From: Paracoccus sp. (in: a-proteobacteria)
GTDB lineage: Bacteria; Pseudomonadota; Alphaproteobacteria; Rhodobacterales; Rhodobacteraceae
Direction: 5' to 3'
NCBI RefSeq assembly: GCF_035556475.1
Contig: NZ_DATMFA010000022.1
Coordinates: 72-64,071, forward strand
Length of the DNA stretch: 64,000 nt
A model generated the notes under the pieces. That model was given only the letters and a program-made list of their open reading frames with translations, did no database searches and had not been told where the DNA came from. Position numbers and translations under genes: made by a program. Position 1 is the stretch's first letter, and the number at the start of each line of letters is the position of its first letter. Of this stretch, positions 18,202-27,179 are shown in pieces.

Positions 18202-19707
18202 ATGATGGACCTGTTGAACAATCTCGCCATCGGGTTCTCCGGCGCGGCCACGCTCGAGAATATCCTTTACGCATTCTGTGGCTGTCTTCTGGGCACGCTG
18301 GTGGGCGTATTGCCGGGCATCGGCGTTGTGCCCACGGTGGCGATGTTGCTGCCCCTGACCTTCGGGATTGATCCGCTTTCGGGCCTGATCATGCTGGCCG
18401 GCATCTATTACGGTGCACAATATGGCGGATCCACCGCGGCAATCCTGGTCCGCATGCCGGGTGAGGCAGGCTCGATCGTGACCGCGATCGACGGCTACGA
18501 GATGGCCCGGAAGGGGCGCGCCGGGGCTGCCTTGTCGATCGCCGCGATTGCGTCGTTCTTTGCCGGGACCGTGGCGACACTGCTGATTGCCGGCTTTGCG
18601 CCTTCGCTCGCGAAGGTCGCCGCGCTGTTTCATTCCGCCGACTATTTCTCGCTGATGGTGCTGGGCCTGACCATGTCCATCGTCCTTGCCCACGGTTCGA
18701 TCTTCAAGGCCATCGCAGTGATGCTGATCGGGTTCCTTTTTGGCTTGGTCGGCATCGACATCAATTCGGGCGAGCAGCGTTTCACCTTCGAGCTGCCCGA
18801 ACTCTGGGAGGGCATCAGCTTTCTTGCCATCTCGATCGGCCTGTTCGGTCTGGTCGAAGTGGTGCGAAATCTGGAATTTCCCGAGCCGACGCTGGGCTCG
18901 ATCAAGACCTCGCTGCGCGACATCTATCCGACGCGTGAGGAGGTGCGGGACGCGGCGCCTGCCGCAGTCCGGGGCACGTTGGTCGGCTCGATCCTTGGCA
19001 TTCTGCCCGGCGGAGGGGCCATCCTCGCTTCGTTTGCGAGCTATACGCTTGAGAAGAAGCTGTCGAAGAATCCGGCCAGCTTCGGCAAGGGCGCACCAGC
19101 CGGGGTTGCAGCGCCCGAGGCCGCCAACAATGCCGGGGCGCAGACAAGCTTCATCCCGTTGCTGACACTGGGGCTGCCGTCAAATCCGATCATGGCATTG
19201 CTGATGGGCGCAATGATGATCCACGGCATCGCGCCCGGCACGGCCGTCATCTCCGACCGACCCGAGCTGTTCTGGGGCCTCGTCGCCTCGATGTGGATCG
19301 GAAATCTGCTGCTGGTCGTGCTGAACCTTCCGCTGGTCGGGCTATGGGTCAAGCTGCTGACGATCTCCTACAAGCTGCTCTTTCCGGCGATCATCATGTT
19401 CTGCCTGATTGGGGTCTATTCCGAGGGTGGCAATGCCCTCCAGATTCTCCTGCTCGGCGCCTTTACCCTGCTGGGCTATCTGCTGTCGCGCTGCAATTGC
19501 GAGCCGGCGCCAATGATCCTTGGCTTTATCCTTGGCCCGATGATGGAGGAGAACCTGCGGCGAGCGCTGACCGTCTCGGAGGGGGATTACTCGATCTTCG
19601 TCACGCGGCCCATCTCGCTCTCGCTTCTGATCATGGCGGTGCTGCTTGTGCTGGCGGTCACGTTGCCGGGCCTGCGCAGGTCGCGCGAAGCGGTCTTCGA
19701 GGAATAG
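18202..19707 (+). CDS. tctA: Tripartite tricarboxylate transporter large membrane subunit TctA
   Basis: GTLVGVLPGIG, YYGAQYGGS, PGEAGS, APEAANNA, LTLGLPS motifs. Confidence 0.93.
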   Translation: MMDLLNNLAIGFSGAATLENILYAFCGCLLGTLVGVLPGIGVVPTVAMLLPLTFGIDPLSGLIMLAGIYYGAQYGGSTAAILVRMPGEAGSIVTAIDGYEMARKGRAGAALSIAAIASFFAGTVATLLIAGFAPSLAKVAALFHSADYFSLMVLGLTMSIVLAHGSIFKAIAVMLIGFLFGLVGIDINSGEQRFTFELPELWEGISFLAISIGLFGLVEVVRNLEFPEPTLGSIKTSLRDIYPTREEVRDAAPAAVRGTLVGSILGILPGGGAILASFASYTLEKKLSKNPASFGKGAPAGVAAPEAANNAGAQTSFIPLLTLGLPSNPIMALLMGAMMIHGIAPGTAVISDRPELFWGLVASMWIGNLLLVVLNLPLVGLWVKLLTISYKLLFPAIIMFCLIGVYSEGGNALQILLLGAFTLLGYLLSRCNCEPAPMILGFILGPMMEENLRRALTVSEGDYSIFVTRPISLSLLIMAVLLVLAVTLPGLRRSREAVFEE

Positions 19708-19786
19708 CGCAAAGGCTTCGTTTTCTGCTCACTATCCTGCCGGGTGCATTCCGGCGGGCCTTCTTCTCAACCCCGGAGTATTAGAA

Positions 19787-20734
19787 ATGGCCAATCTTGT
19801 CGGCATTGCCGCCTTGTCACATTCTCCGTCCTGGGATCTCTCGCGGGATCTGGAGGGTCCAGGCGCAGCCTTCGTCGCGGCGGTCGAACGACTGCGCAAG
19901 TTCAACGGCCAGAAGGTCGACGCAATCGTATTGTTCGGGCCGGATCACTATCGCAACTTCTTCTATGACCAGATGCCGCAATTCTGCATTGGCGTGGAAA
20001 AGCTGGATGGATACGGCGACTATGACAGTCCGGCCGGTCCCCTGCCGGTGCAGCGGGAACTGGGCAAGCATGTGCTTGACCGGCTGATGTCCTCGGGCTT
20101 CGATCCGGCGGTGTCGCTGAACATGTGTGTGGATCATGGCCACACCCAGCCTTATGCAGCGGTCAACCCGGCGCTCGACATTCCGGTCGTGCCGATCATG
20201 ATCAACTGCCAGGGCGGTCCGCGGCCGACCTACCGCCGCGTCATGGATTTCGGCCGCGTGGTCGGCGAAGCAATCCGCTCGTTTCCGGCGGAGATGAATG
20301 TCATCGTCATGGGTTCCGGCGGGCTTTCGCACTTCCTGCCAAAGATGTCTGCCGACGACACGGCTACCCCGGAAAATACCCGCGACTACATCATCAACGG
20401 CCGCGAACGCTCGCGCGAGGTGAATGCCGAGAAGGAGCGCGTTTCGAAGGAACGCCGCGCCGAAAAACGCACGGGCAAGGTTTCCGAAGCGTGGGATGCT
20501 TGGTTTCTGAATCTGGTCGAGACCGGAAACTTCGAGCCGCTGCATCTCATGTCCGATGCCGAAATCGAGGAGGCTGCTGGCAATGGCGCGCATGAGTTGC
20601 GCACCTGGCTGGCCGCGGCCGCGGCCTGGGGCCGCGACATAAGGACCGTGGGCTACGAGGCCGTGCCAACCTGGATCACCGGCATGGGCGTGATCGGCGG
20701 TGGCATCTGCCTGCCGCAAGACAAACAAGGCTGA
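19787..20734 (+). CDS. mhpB: LigB/MhpB-class extradiol dioxygenase (2,3-dihydroxyphenylpropionate 1,2-dioxygenase-like)
   Basis: LSHSP, PDHY..FFYD.MP.FC.GV, VDHG, GSGGLSH, HELRTW match the MhpB layout; 315 aa. Confidence 0.8.
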   Translation: MANLVGIAALSHSPSWDLSRDLEGPGAAFVAAVERLRKFNGQKVDAIVLFGPDHYRNFFYDQMPQFCIGVEKLDGYGDYDSPAGPLPVQRELGKHVLDRLMSSGFDPAVSLNMCVDHGHTQPYAAVNPALDIPVVPIMINCQGGPRPTYRRVMDFGRVVGEAIRSFPAEMNVIVMGSGGLSHFLPKMSADDTATPENTRDYIINGRERSREVNAEKERVSKERRAEKRTGKVSEAWDAWFLNLVETGNFEPLHLMSDAEIEEAAGNGAHELRTWLAAAAAWGRDIRTVGYEAVPTWITGMGVIGGGICLPQDKQG

Positions 20735-20749
20735 ACGCGGAGTATCGCC

Positions 20750-21622
20750 ATGATCGAACAAAACCAGGACTACCGCTCGCTTTGGACAGGGCTGCGCGAA
20801 ACGGCCTTTGAACAGGGCTTCACGCGCGTCAACGGTCTGAATACGCGCTATGCCCATGCCGGCACCCGGGGCAAGCCCGCGATCGTCATGCTGCATGGCA
20901 CCGCGGGCCATTGGGAAGCCTTCTCGTCCAATTTCCGGGCCCATGCCGAGGATTTCGACCTTTATGCGCTGGACATGGTCGGCTGCGGCTTCACTGACAA
21001 GCCGGATCACCCGCTGGAGGTGAAGCATTACATGGCGCATGTGATCGGCTTCATGGACGCCATGGGGCTGGACCGTGCCCATCTGATGGGTTGCTCGCTC
21101 GGGGCATGGATCTCGGCCACCATCGCCTTGCGCCATCCCGAGCGTGTCAACAAGCTGGTTCTGCTTTCGGCTTCGGGCTATTTCTCCTCGGCGGAAAATC
21201 GCGGGCGCATCATCTCGCAGCGGACCAAGGCGGTGGACGATCCCTCATGGGACAACGTCAAGGCGATCTTCAACAAACTCCTCGCAAAAGAGGAAAGCCG
21301 CATCGACGATCTGGTCGCCCACCGCCAGGCCATCTATCGGATGCCCGAGATGAAGCGCGGCATGATCAATATTCTTGCGCTACAGGATCCCGAAATCCGG
21401 GAACGCAATCTGCTGAAGGACGATGATTGGAGGTCGATCACCGCCCCGGCGCTCGTGGTGGGATCGTTGGCAGATGCCGATGAGTATCTGCGCACAGCCC
21501 GGATCGTCTCCAGGCTGATGCCAAACGCGGAATATGTCGAAATGGAAGGGGTTGGCCATTGGCCGCAATTCGAAGATCCCAAGACCTTCAACCAGTTGAG
21601 TCTTGAATTCCTCACCGCCTGA
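20750..21622 (+). CDS. mhpC: Meta-cleavage-product C-C hydrolase (MhpC/HppC-like alpha/beta hydrolase)
   Basis: LHGTAGH, DMVGCGFTDKP, GCSLG nucleophile elbow, GHWPQFE; follows the extradiol dioxygenase. Confidence 0.72.
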   Translation: MIEQNQDYRSLWTGLRETAFEQGFTRVNGLNTRYAHAGTRGKPAIVMLHGTAGHWEAFSSNFRAHAEDFDLYALDMVGCGFTDKPDHPLEVKHYMAHVIGFMDAMGLDRAHLMGCSLGAWISATIALRHPERVNKLVLLSASGYFSSAENRGRIISQRTKAVDDPSWDNVKAIFNKLLAKEESRIDDLVAHRQAIYRMPEMKRGMINILALQDPEIRERNLLKDDDWRSITAPALVVGSLADADEYLRTARIVSRLMPNAEYVEMEGVGHWPQFEDPKTFNQLSLEFLTA

Positions 21623-21632
21623 AGCAATTGGA

Positions 21633-21660
21633 AACGCCCCGTGGAGACCCGCGGGGCGTT
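21633..21660. terminator. Bidirectional hairpin terminator
   Basis: AACGCCCCGTGG-agac-CCGCGGGGCGTT between convergent genes. Confidence 0.75.
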
Positions 21661-21684
21661 CTGCGATGAAGTGGTCGCACCGGC

Positions 21685-22476
21685 TCAAGTCTCGTATTCG
21701 GCCAGTTCGCGCGTGATTGCCTGGACGGCCTGAAGCACCTCGTCAGTCATTTCGGCCAGATTGTTTCCGACAAAACGGAAAGCCGGTCCGCCAAGCGCGA
21801 TGCAGTAGGTCAGGCGACCGCCGGAAAAGATCGGCCCCGCCACACCGCTGACCCCTTCGTCGCGCTCTTCGTTCGAGATTGCGAAACCCTGCTTGCGGAC
21901 GCGCTCCAACTCGCGTTCCAGAAGGGTGGGGTCGGTGATCGTGTTTGGCGTATAGGCGCGCGGGGTGAAGTTGCGGAACATCTCCTTGACCTCGTTCGGC
22001 GGCAGGAATGCCAGCATGACCTTTGCGCCGGCGGTGGCCGGCCAGGGCAGGGTGGTATTGCGCAGATAGGGAATGCGGACATGATGTCGGCAATCGATGC
22101 GGTCCAACGGCACGAGTTCGGGGCCGATCAATTCACGCAGCGAGGTGAATTCGCCGAATTTTTCGGACAGCCGCTCCAGATAGGGGCGGGCAATGCGCAG
22201 CACAGTCGAGTTGCCCTTAGCCACGCGCGCAAGCTCGACGATCTTGGCGGAAAGCTGAAACCCACCCTCGCGGTCCTCGATGATCAGCCCATAATGCTTC
22301 AGGCTGTTGAAATATCGGTAGATCGTCGAGCGGGGCATGTTGAGGTGCTGCGCCAGCGCCGTCGGCGTCCAGACCGGGTGCGCGGCGTCGAAAGCCAGCA
22401 GGATCTCGATAGCGCGATCGGCGGTAGAATTCGCGCTCGTCAACTTGTCCTCACCTCTGAGAGTGCTCGCCATCAT
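21685..22476 (-). CDS. IclR family regulator (pathway regulator, MhpR-like position)
   Basis: STADRAIEIL HTH, PRSTIYR, TAGAKVMLA, GFAISNEERDEGVSGVAGPIF; start could instead be TTG at 22443. Confidence 0.87.
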   Translation of the reverse strand: MMASTLRGEDKLTSANSTADRAIEILLAFDAAHPVWTPTALAQHLNMPRSTIYRYFNSLKHYGLIIEDREGGFQLSAKIVELARVAKGNSTVLRIARPYLERLSEKFGEFTSLRELIGPELVPLDRIDCRHHVRIPYLRNTTLPWPATAGAKVMLAFLPPNEVKEMFRNFTPRAYTPNTITDPTLLERELERVRKQGFAISNEERDEGVSGVAGPIFSGGRLTYCIALGGPAFRFVGNNLAEMTDEVLQAVQAITRELAEYET

Positions 22477-22635
22477 CTTTCCTGTGTCGTATTTCAGCCA
22501 ATGCCATCTCATATTATGAAGAAATTCCGACCGACTTCCAGTGCGTTGTAGCTTTGCCGGCAGAGTTCGTCACAAATCATCTTTATATGATAAGATAGTT
22601 ATCGTATTACGGCCGCAAGATGAGGAGGAAACATC

Positions 22636-23610
22636 TTGTTCCGAAACTTGTGTATTACCCGCCGGACTGTTCTTTCGGCTGGGCTCGGTCTTGCGGTCAT
22701 GGCTGGTGCGGCGATTGCCGGTGATGCCTATCCCGACCGTCCGGTCACTCTGGTCGTTCCCTTTGCCGCTGGGGGGACCACCGACGCCATTGCCCGTCTG
22801 ATCGCCGAAGAATTGCAGACCCGCTGGGGCTCTGCCGTCGTGGTGGAGAACAAGCCGGGCGCTGGCGGAGCCATCGCGACGCAGGCTGTAGCACGTTCGA
22901 AACCCGACGGCACCCAGATCCTGTTCAATGACATCGGCATTGCATTGAATGAAGTGACAATGTCGAAGCGGCCCTACGACCTGTCGAAGGATTTGCGTCC
23001 GATCGTCGCCGCGGGTGAATGGCCGTTGGCGGTCGTCGTCAGCAATTCCACGGGCATCAAAACGCTGCCGGAGTTGGTCGAAGCCACGAAAACCAAGAGC
23101 TTGAGTTTCGGCACTTTCGGGCCGGCGTCCTCTCCGCATCTGGCGGCGGAACTGCTGATGTCGCTGACCGACGCGAAGCTGAAGATCGTGCATTTCAAGG
23201 GCGTTGGCCCGGTCATTCAGGCCCTTGCATCGGACGAGGTCGAGGTCAGCGTCTTTGGCGCGGGCGCCGCGGCTGCCGAAGTGACCAAGGGCACGATGAA
23301 TGTTCTCGCGCTGGACTATCGTTCGCCGCTTATGCCGGATGTGCCCACCTATGCCGAAGCAGGGGTCGAGGGAATGCGCTCGATCGCTTGGTGGGGTCTT
23401 TTCGCGCCCGCTGCCACGCCCGACGACATCGTGGACGAGGTCAATGCCGGCGTGAACGATGCCCTCAAGTCGCAGCGCGTGACCGAGTATCTCGAGAAGA
23501 ACGGCTATACGCCGGTCGGAGGCCGGCCGGAAGCACTTCAGCAACGGGTTGATGAAGCGATCGCTCTTTGGGGGCCGTTGATCGAGAAAGCCGGCATCCG
23601 CACGAACTGA
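22636..23610 (+). CDS. tctC: TTT substrate-binding protein TctC/Bug
   Basis: YPDRPVTLVVPFAAGGTTD, VENKPGAGG, PDVPT..EAG, WWGLFAPAATP; TTG start with GAGGAGG RBS. Confidence 0.9.
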   Translation: MFRNLCITRRTVLSAGLGLAVMAGAAIAGDAYPDRPVTLVVPFAAGGTTDAIARLIAEELQTRWGSAVVVENKPGAGGAIATQAVARSKPDGTQILFNDIGIALNEVTMSKRPYDLSKDLRPIVAAGEWPLAVVVSNSTGIKTLPELVEATKTKSLSFGTFGPASSPHLAAELLMSLTDAKLKIVHFKGVGPVIQALASDEVEVSVFGAGAAAAEVTKGTMNVLALDYRSPLMPDVPTYAEAGVEGMRSIAWWGLFAPAATPDDIVDEVNAGVNDALKSQRVTEYLEKNGYTPVGGRPEALQQRVDEAIALWGPLIEKAGIRTN

Positions 23611-23640
23611 ACGCGCGCGGTCACAAGCTGTGACTGGACG

Positions 23641-23669
23641 GGCCGCCCCTTGGGGCGGCCTTTCTTCTT
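23641..23669 (+). terminator. Intrinsic terminator after tctC
   Basis: GGCCGCCCC-tt-GGGGCGGCC followed by TTTCTTCTT. Confidence 0.75.
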
Positions 23670-23769
23670 GGGTGTCGGTCTTGGACAACAATTACTGTAT
23701 TGCGGTAATAGCATTATCGAAATAGAGACAAGCATATGCTTGGCACTTCCCAGCCGGAGAGAGAACTTG

Positions 23770-25401
23770 ATGACCACATCCTCCCAATTCGATGCCGCTG
23801 TGATCATTGTCGGGGCAGGTCCGGCGGGGACGACGCTGGCCAACCTGCTTGGTGGCTACGGTGTTTCGACCATCGTGCTGGAGCGCGAGCAGGAGATCAT
23901 CGACTATCCGCGCGCCGTCGGGATGGATGATGAGGCGCTTCGCGCCTTCCAGACCGTCGACCTGGCCGAACCGCTATTGCGCGACATGATCCAGAACACG
24001 CTGCTGCGCTATCACCACTCCAACGGCCGGATGTTTGCCGAGGTCGGTCCCAAGGCAAAGCCGTTCGGCTGGCCGCGCCGGAACCTTTTCATCCAGCCGC
24101 TATCCGAGAAAGTGATCCGCAGCGGAATTGACCGGTTTGACCACGTCAAGATTCTGCAGGGCCACGAAGTCATCGGACTCGATCAGAACGAAGATTGTGT
24201 AACGCTGACCGTGAGAACCGCTGACGGCAGCAAGATCATGCGCGCGCCCTATGTGGTGGGATGTGACGGTGGGAAGTCGTTCATCCGCAAAGGCCTCGGC
24301 ATCAAGCTTCTGGGCGATACTCATCCGTGGCGGTGGCTGGTGGTCGATCTGAAGAACGACGACCGCTTCGAGCCCTATTCGGCGATCTATTGCGACCCCA
24401 GGAACCCGTATATCGTGATTGATCTGCCCTACGGTCATCGCCGCTTCGAGTTCCGGTTGCGCCCCGAGGATACGGACGAGAAAATGTCGGATCCCAAGGA
24501 AGTCGACAAGTTGCTGCGCAAGCGCCTTGGCGAAGATGAAAAGCCCGAGGTCATCCGTGCCCGCATCTATACCCATCATTCGCGGATCGCTGAATCCTTC
24601 GGCAAGGGCAGGGTCTTCATCGCCGGAGATGCGGCGCATCTGCAGCCACCTTTTTTCGGCCAGGGTCTGAACTCTGGCCTGCGGGATGTGATGAACCTGT
24701 CGTGGAAGCTCGCTATGGTCACGCAGGGTCAGGCCGGGCCGGTGCTGCTGCAAACCTACGAGCAGGAGCGCAAGCATCATGCCGAAAAGATGGTGAAGTT
24801 CGCGACGGGCATCGGCAAGTTCTATGCACCCTACAGCTATCTGACCGAATATTTCCGCAAGGCCTTCTTCTGGGGCGTTCACCGCTTGCCGTCCCTGCGC
24901 GATTATGTGCTGCAGATGAAATTCAAACCGATGCCCTTCTACGAACGAGGTGTCGTCGATTTCGCCAATGCAGGCGGCAAGGAAAAGGTTGGTCGCATGA
25001 TCAACCAACCCAAGGTTGCCGATGCCGAGGGGCGTGCCATGCTGCTCGACAATGCCATCGGCAAGGGCTTTGCCGTCATTGGCATCAACGAGGATCCGGC
25101 GGCACAACTCTCGGCCATAGACCGCGCGTTCGTGAATTCCATCGGGCGCCTCGTTCAGGTGAACCGCTCGCGGCGCGGCACCGCCGGCTGGCAGGCGAGT
25201 CCCGATACGCTGGTCATAGACGATCTGGATGGTGTCTTCCGCGATATGCTCCTCAAGGCGCCAAAGCAGAGGTTTTTCATCCTGCGCCCGGATCGCTATG
25301 TCTTCGCGATCTGTGACCGCGACGAACTTTCATCATCGGTCGATCGTCTGCGCAAGCAGTTGGGTAGACCGGCGACCTCATTTGAACTGGCAGCGGAGTG
25401 A
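23770..25401 (+). CDS. mhpA: Single-component FAD monooxygenase, MhpA-like (hydroxyphenyl-alkanoate hydroxylase)
   Basis: GAGPAG, PRAVGMDDEALR, FGWPRRN.F.QP, GCDGG.S..R, GDAAH..PPF.GQG.NSG.RD. Confidence 0.82.
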   Translation: MTTSSQFDAAVIIVGAGPAGTTLANLLGGYGVSTIVLEREQEIIDYPRAVGMDDEALRAFQTVDLAEPLLRDMIQNTLLRYHHSNGRMFAEVGPKAKPFGWPRRNLFIQPLSEKVIRSGIDRFDHVKILQGHEVIGLDQNEDCVTLTVRTADGSKIMRAPYVVGCDGGKSFIRKGLGIKLLGDTHPWRWLVVDLKNDDRFEPYSAIYCDPRNPYIVIDLPYGHRRFEFRLRPEDTDEKMSDPKEVDKLLRKRLGEDEKPEVIRARIYTHHSRIAESFGKGRVFIAGDAAHLQPPFFGQGLNSGLRDVMNLSWKLAMVTQGQAGPVLLQTYEQERKHHAEKMVKFATGIGKFYAPYSYLTEYFRKAFFWGVHRLPSLRDYVLQMKFKPMPFYERGVVDFANAGGKEKVGRMINQPKVADAEGRAMLLDNAIGKGFAVIGINEDPAAQLSAIDRAFVNSIGRLVQVNRSRRGTAGWQASPDTLVIDDLDGVFRDMLLKAPKQRFFILRPDRYVFAICDRDELSSSVDRLRKQLGRPATSFELAAE

Positions 25402-25405
25402 TTAC

Positions 25406-26215
25406 ATGGCCGGCATGACCCCTGAAGACCACCAGCGTCTTGGAACTGCGCTTTTCGACGCCGAAAAGTCCGGCGTCCAAATTCCGCTGTTGTCACAAGA
25501 ATTCCCGCAAATGGGTCTGGACGATGCCTATGCGGTCCAGGATCGGGTGCTGGCCGCGCGGGACGCTGCAGGATTGCGGCGCATTGGCTGGAAGGTCGGC
25601 CTGACGTCGCGCGCCATGCAGGAGGCGCTGCAGATCACGTCCCCGGATTCGGGCGTGCTGTATGACGACATGCTATTCGCCAATGGCGCATCCATTCCCG
25701 CGGGCCGCTTCATCCAGCCGCGGGTCGAGGCAGAAATTGCCTTCGTTCTCAAAGAGGATCTGGCAGGCCGAAACCTGACCCGGGCCGACGTGCTCAGGGC
25801 GACAGATTTCGTGACCCCGGCACTGGAGCTGCTCGATACCCGGATCAGGCGCCGGGATGCGGCAACAGGTGCGATCCGCACGGTAATGGACACGATCGCG
25901 GATAACGCCGCGAATGGGGGGCTGGTCCTGGGTTCGGGCCGCTTCGCCGTTGATGAAGCGGATCTGCGTTGGATGGGCTGCATTCTGAAGCGCGACGGCG
26001 TGGTCGAAGAGACAGGCCTTGGGGCCGGGGTTCTCGACGATCCGGTCGCAGGGATCATCTGGCTGGCCGGCCGTATTGCTGATTATGGTCAATGCCTAAG
26101 GGCCGGCGACGTCGTCCTGTCCGGGTCGTTCATTCGGCCGGTCGAAGCCCCGCAGGGCTCAAGGTTCTCGGCCGATTACGGCCCATTCGGAGAGGTGAAT
26201 TGTGAGTTCCTCTGA
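25406..26215 (+). CDS. hpaH: 2-oxo-hept-3-ene-1,7-dioate hydratase
   Basis: GWKVGLTSRAMQ, PDSGVLYDDM, QPRVEAEIAF, IADNAANGG, EETGLGAGVL, LSGSFIRP are HpaH/HpcG-specific. Confidence 0.85.
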   Translation: MAGMTPEDHQRLGTALFDAEKSGVQIPLLSQEFPQMGLDDAYAVQDRVLAARDAAGLRRIGWKVGLTSRAMQEALQITSPDSGVLYDDMLFANGASIPAGRFIQPRVEAEIAFVLKEDLAGRNLTRADVLRATDFVTPALELLDTRIRRRDAATGAIRTVMDTIADNAANGGLVLGSGRFAVDEADLRWMGCILKRDGVVEETGLGAGVLDDPVAGIIWLAGRIADYGQCLRAGDVVLSGSFIRPVEAPQGSRFSADYGPFGEVNCEFL

Positions 26216-26999
26216 TAATCCCGATCGCGCACTGCTTGCCCCCCGTAACGGATTTCGCGATGCGTTGCGCCAGGGCGAGGTCAGGATCGGCTTCTGGCAG
26301 GCGCTGACCTCGACGGAAACGGTCGAGATCAGCTCGCGCGCAGGTTTTGACTGGCTGCTCTTTGATGGCGAACATGCGCCGAATGACATGGCCATGCTGC
26401 GGGACCAGTTGCGCGCAAGCCAGGGCGGCTCGGCGCATCCCATCATTCGGGTCGTATCGGGTGAGCCCTGGATGCTGAAACAGGCGCTTGATATCGGCTT
26501 TCAAACGGTTCTGGTTCCGATGATCAACACGGCCGAGCAGGCCCGGCAGGCTGTCGCCGCCTGCCTTTATCCACCGGAAGGCTGCCGGGGGGTGGGTGCA
26601 GCGCTGGCCCGGGCCTCCGACTTTGGCCGCCGTTCAGGCTATCTTTCCAATGCCAATGACGAGATCTGTATTCTGCTGCAGGTCGAAAGCCGGCAGGCGC
26701 TGGAAAATCTGGACGAGATACTGGCGGTGCCGCGGATTGATGGCATCTTCATCGGTCCGGCGGATCTGTCGGCCGACATGGGCTATCGCGGTCAGGCGAC
26801 CCATCCCGAAATGCGCCGCATCCTGCGCGAGACCACTCGCCGGATCCGCGCGGCCGGCATCGCGCCGGGCATCCTGCTGGGCGCCCCCCAACATGTTGCG
26901 GAAGCCCGCGAGGATGGCGCACAGTTCATCGCGATCGGTTCGGATGTTGGGCTGTTCATGCGGGCGGCCGGCGAACTCGCGGCGCAATATCGGGTCTAA
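26202..26999 (+). CDS. hpaI: 4-hydroxy-2-oxoheptanedioate aldolase (class II pyruvate aldolase)
   Basis: [50 protein letters not shown]. Confidence 0.85.
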   Translation: MSSSDNPDRALLAPRNGFRDALRQGEVRIGFWQALTSTETVEISSRAGFDWLLFDGEHAPNDMAMLRDQLRASQGGSAHPIIRVVSGEPWMLKQALDIGFQTVLVPMINTAEQARQAVAACLYPPEGCRGVGAALARASDFGRRSGYLSNANDEICILLQVESRQALENLDEILAVPRIDGIFIGPADLSADMGYRGQATHPEMRRILRETTRRIRAAGIAPGILLGAPQHVAEAREDGAQFIAIGSDVGLFMRAAGELAAQYRV

Positions 27000-27179
27000 A
27001 AGCCGGGCATCGGGCGCGACGGAGGCGTTCGCCCAGATGCGCTTCAGATTGGCGCGGCGGTAGCCGCGCCAAGAATATCGGGCCTTGAACACCTTGGCCG
27101 GGTGCGGACACCAAGGCTTCGCCGCGCATCGCTTGAACGGCGTCAACGACCGGCCCGAGCCTTCTGCCTTTGGCGCAGT

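Noticed and set aside
17754-19707. Citrate uptake function for tctBA/tctC
   Set aside because: The family name only reflects the founding member; the genes are embedded among aromatic catabolic genes, so an aromatic acid ligand is more likely
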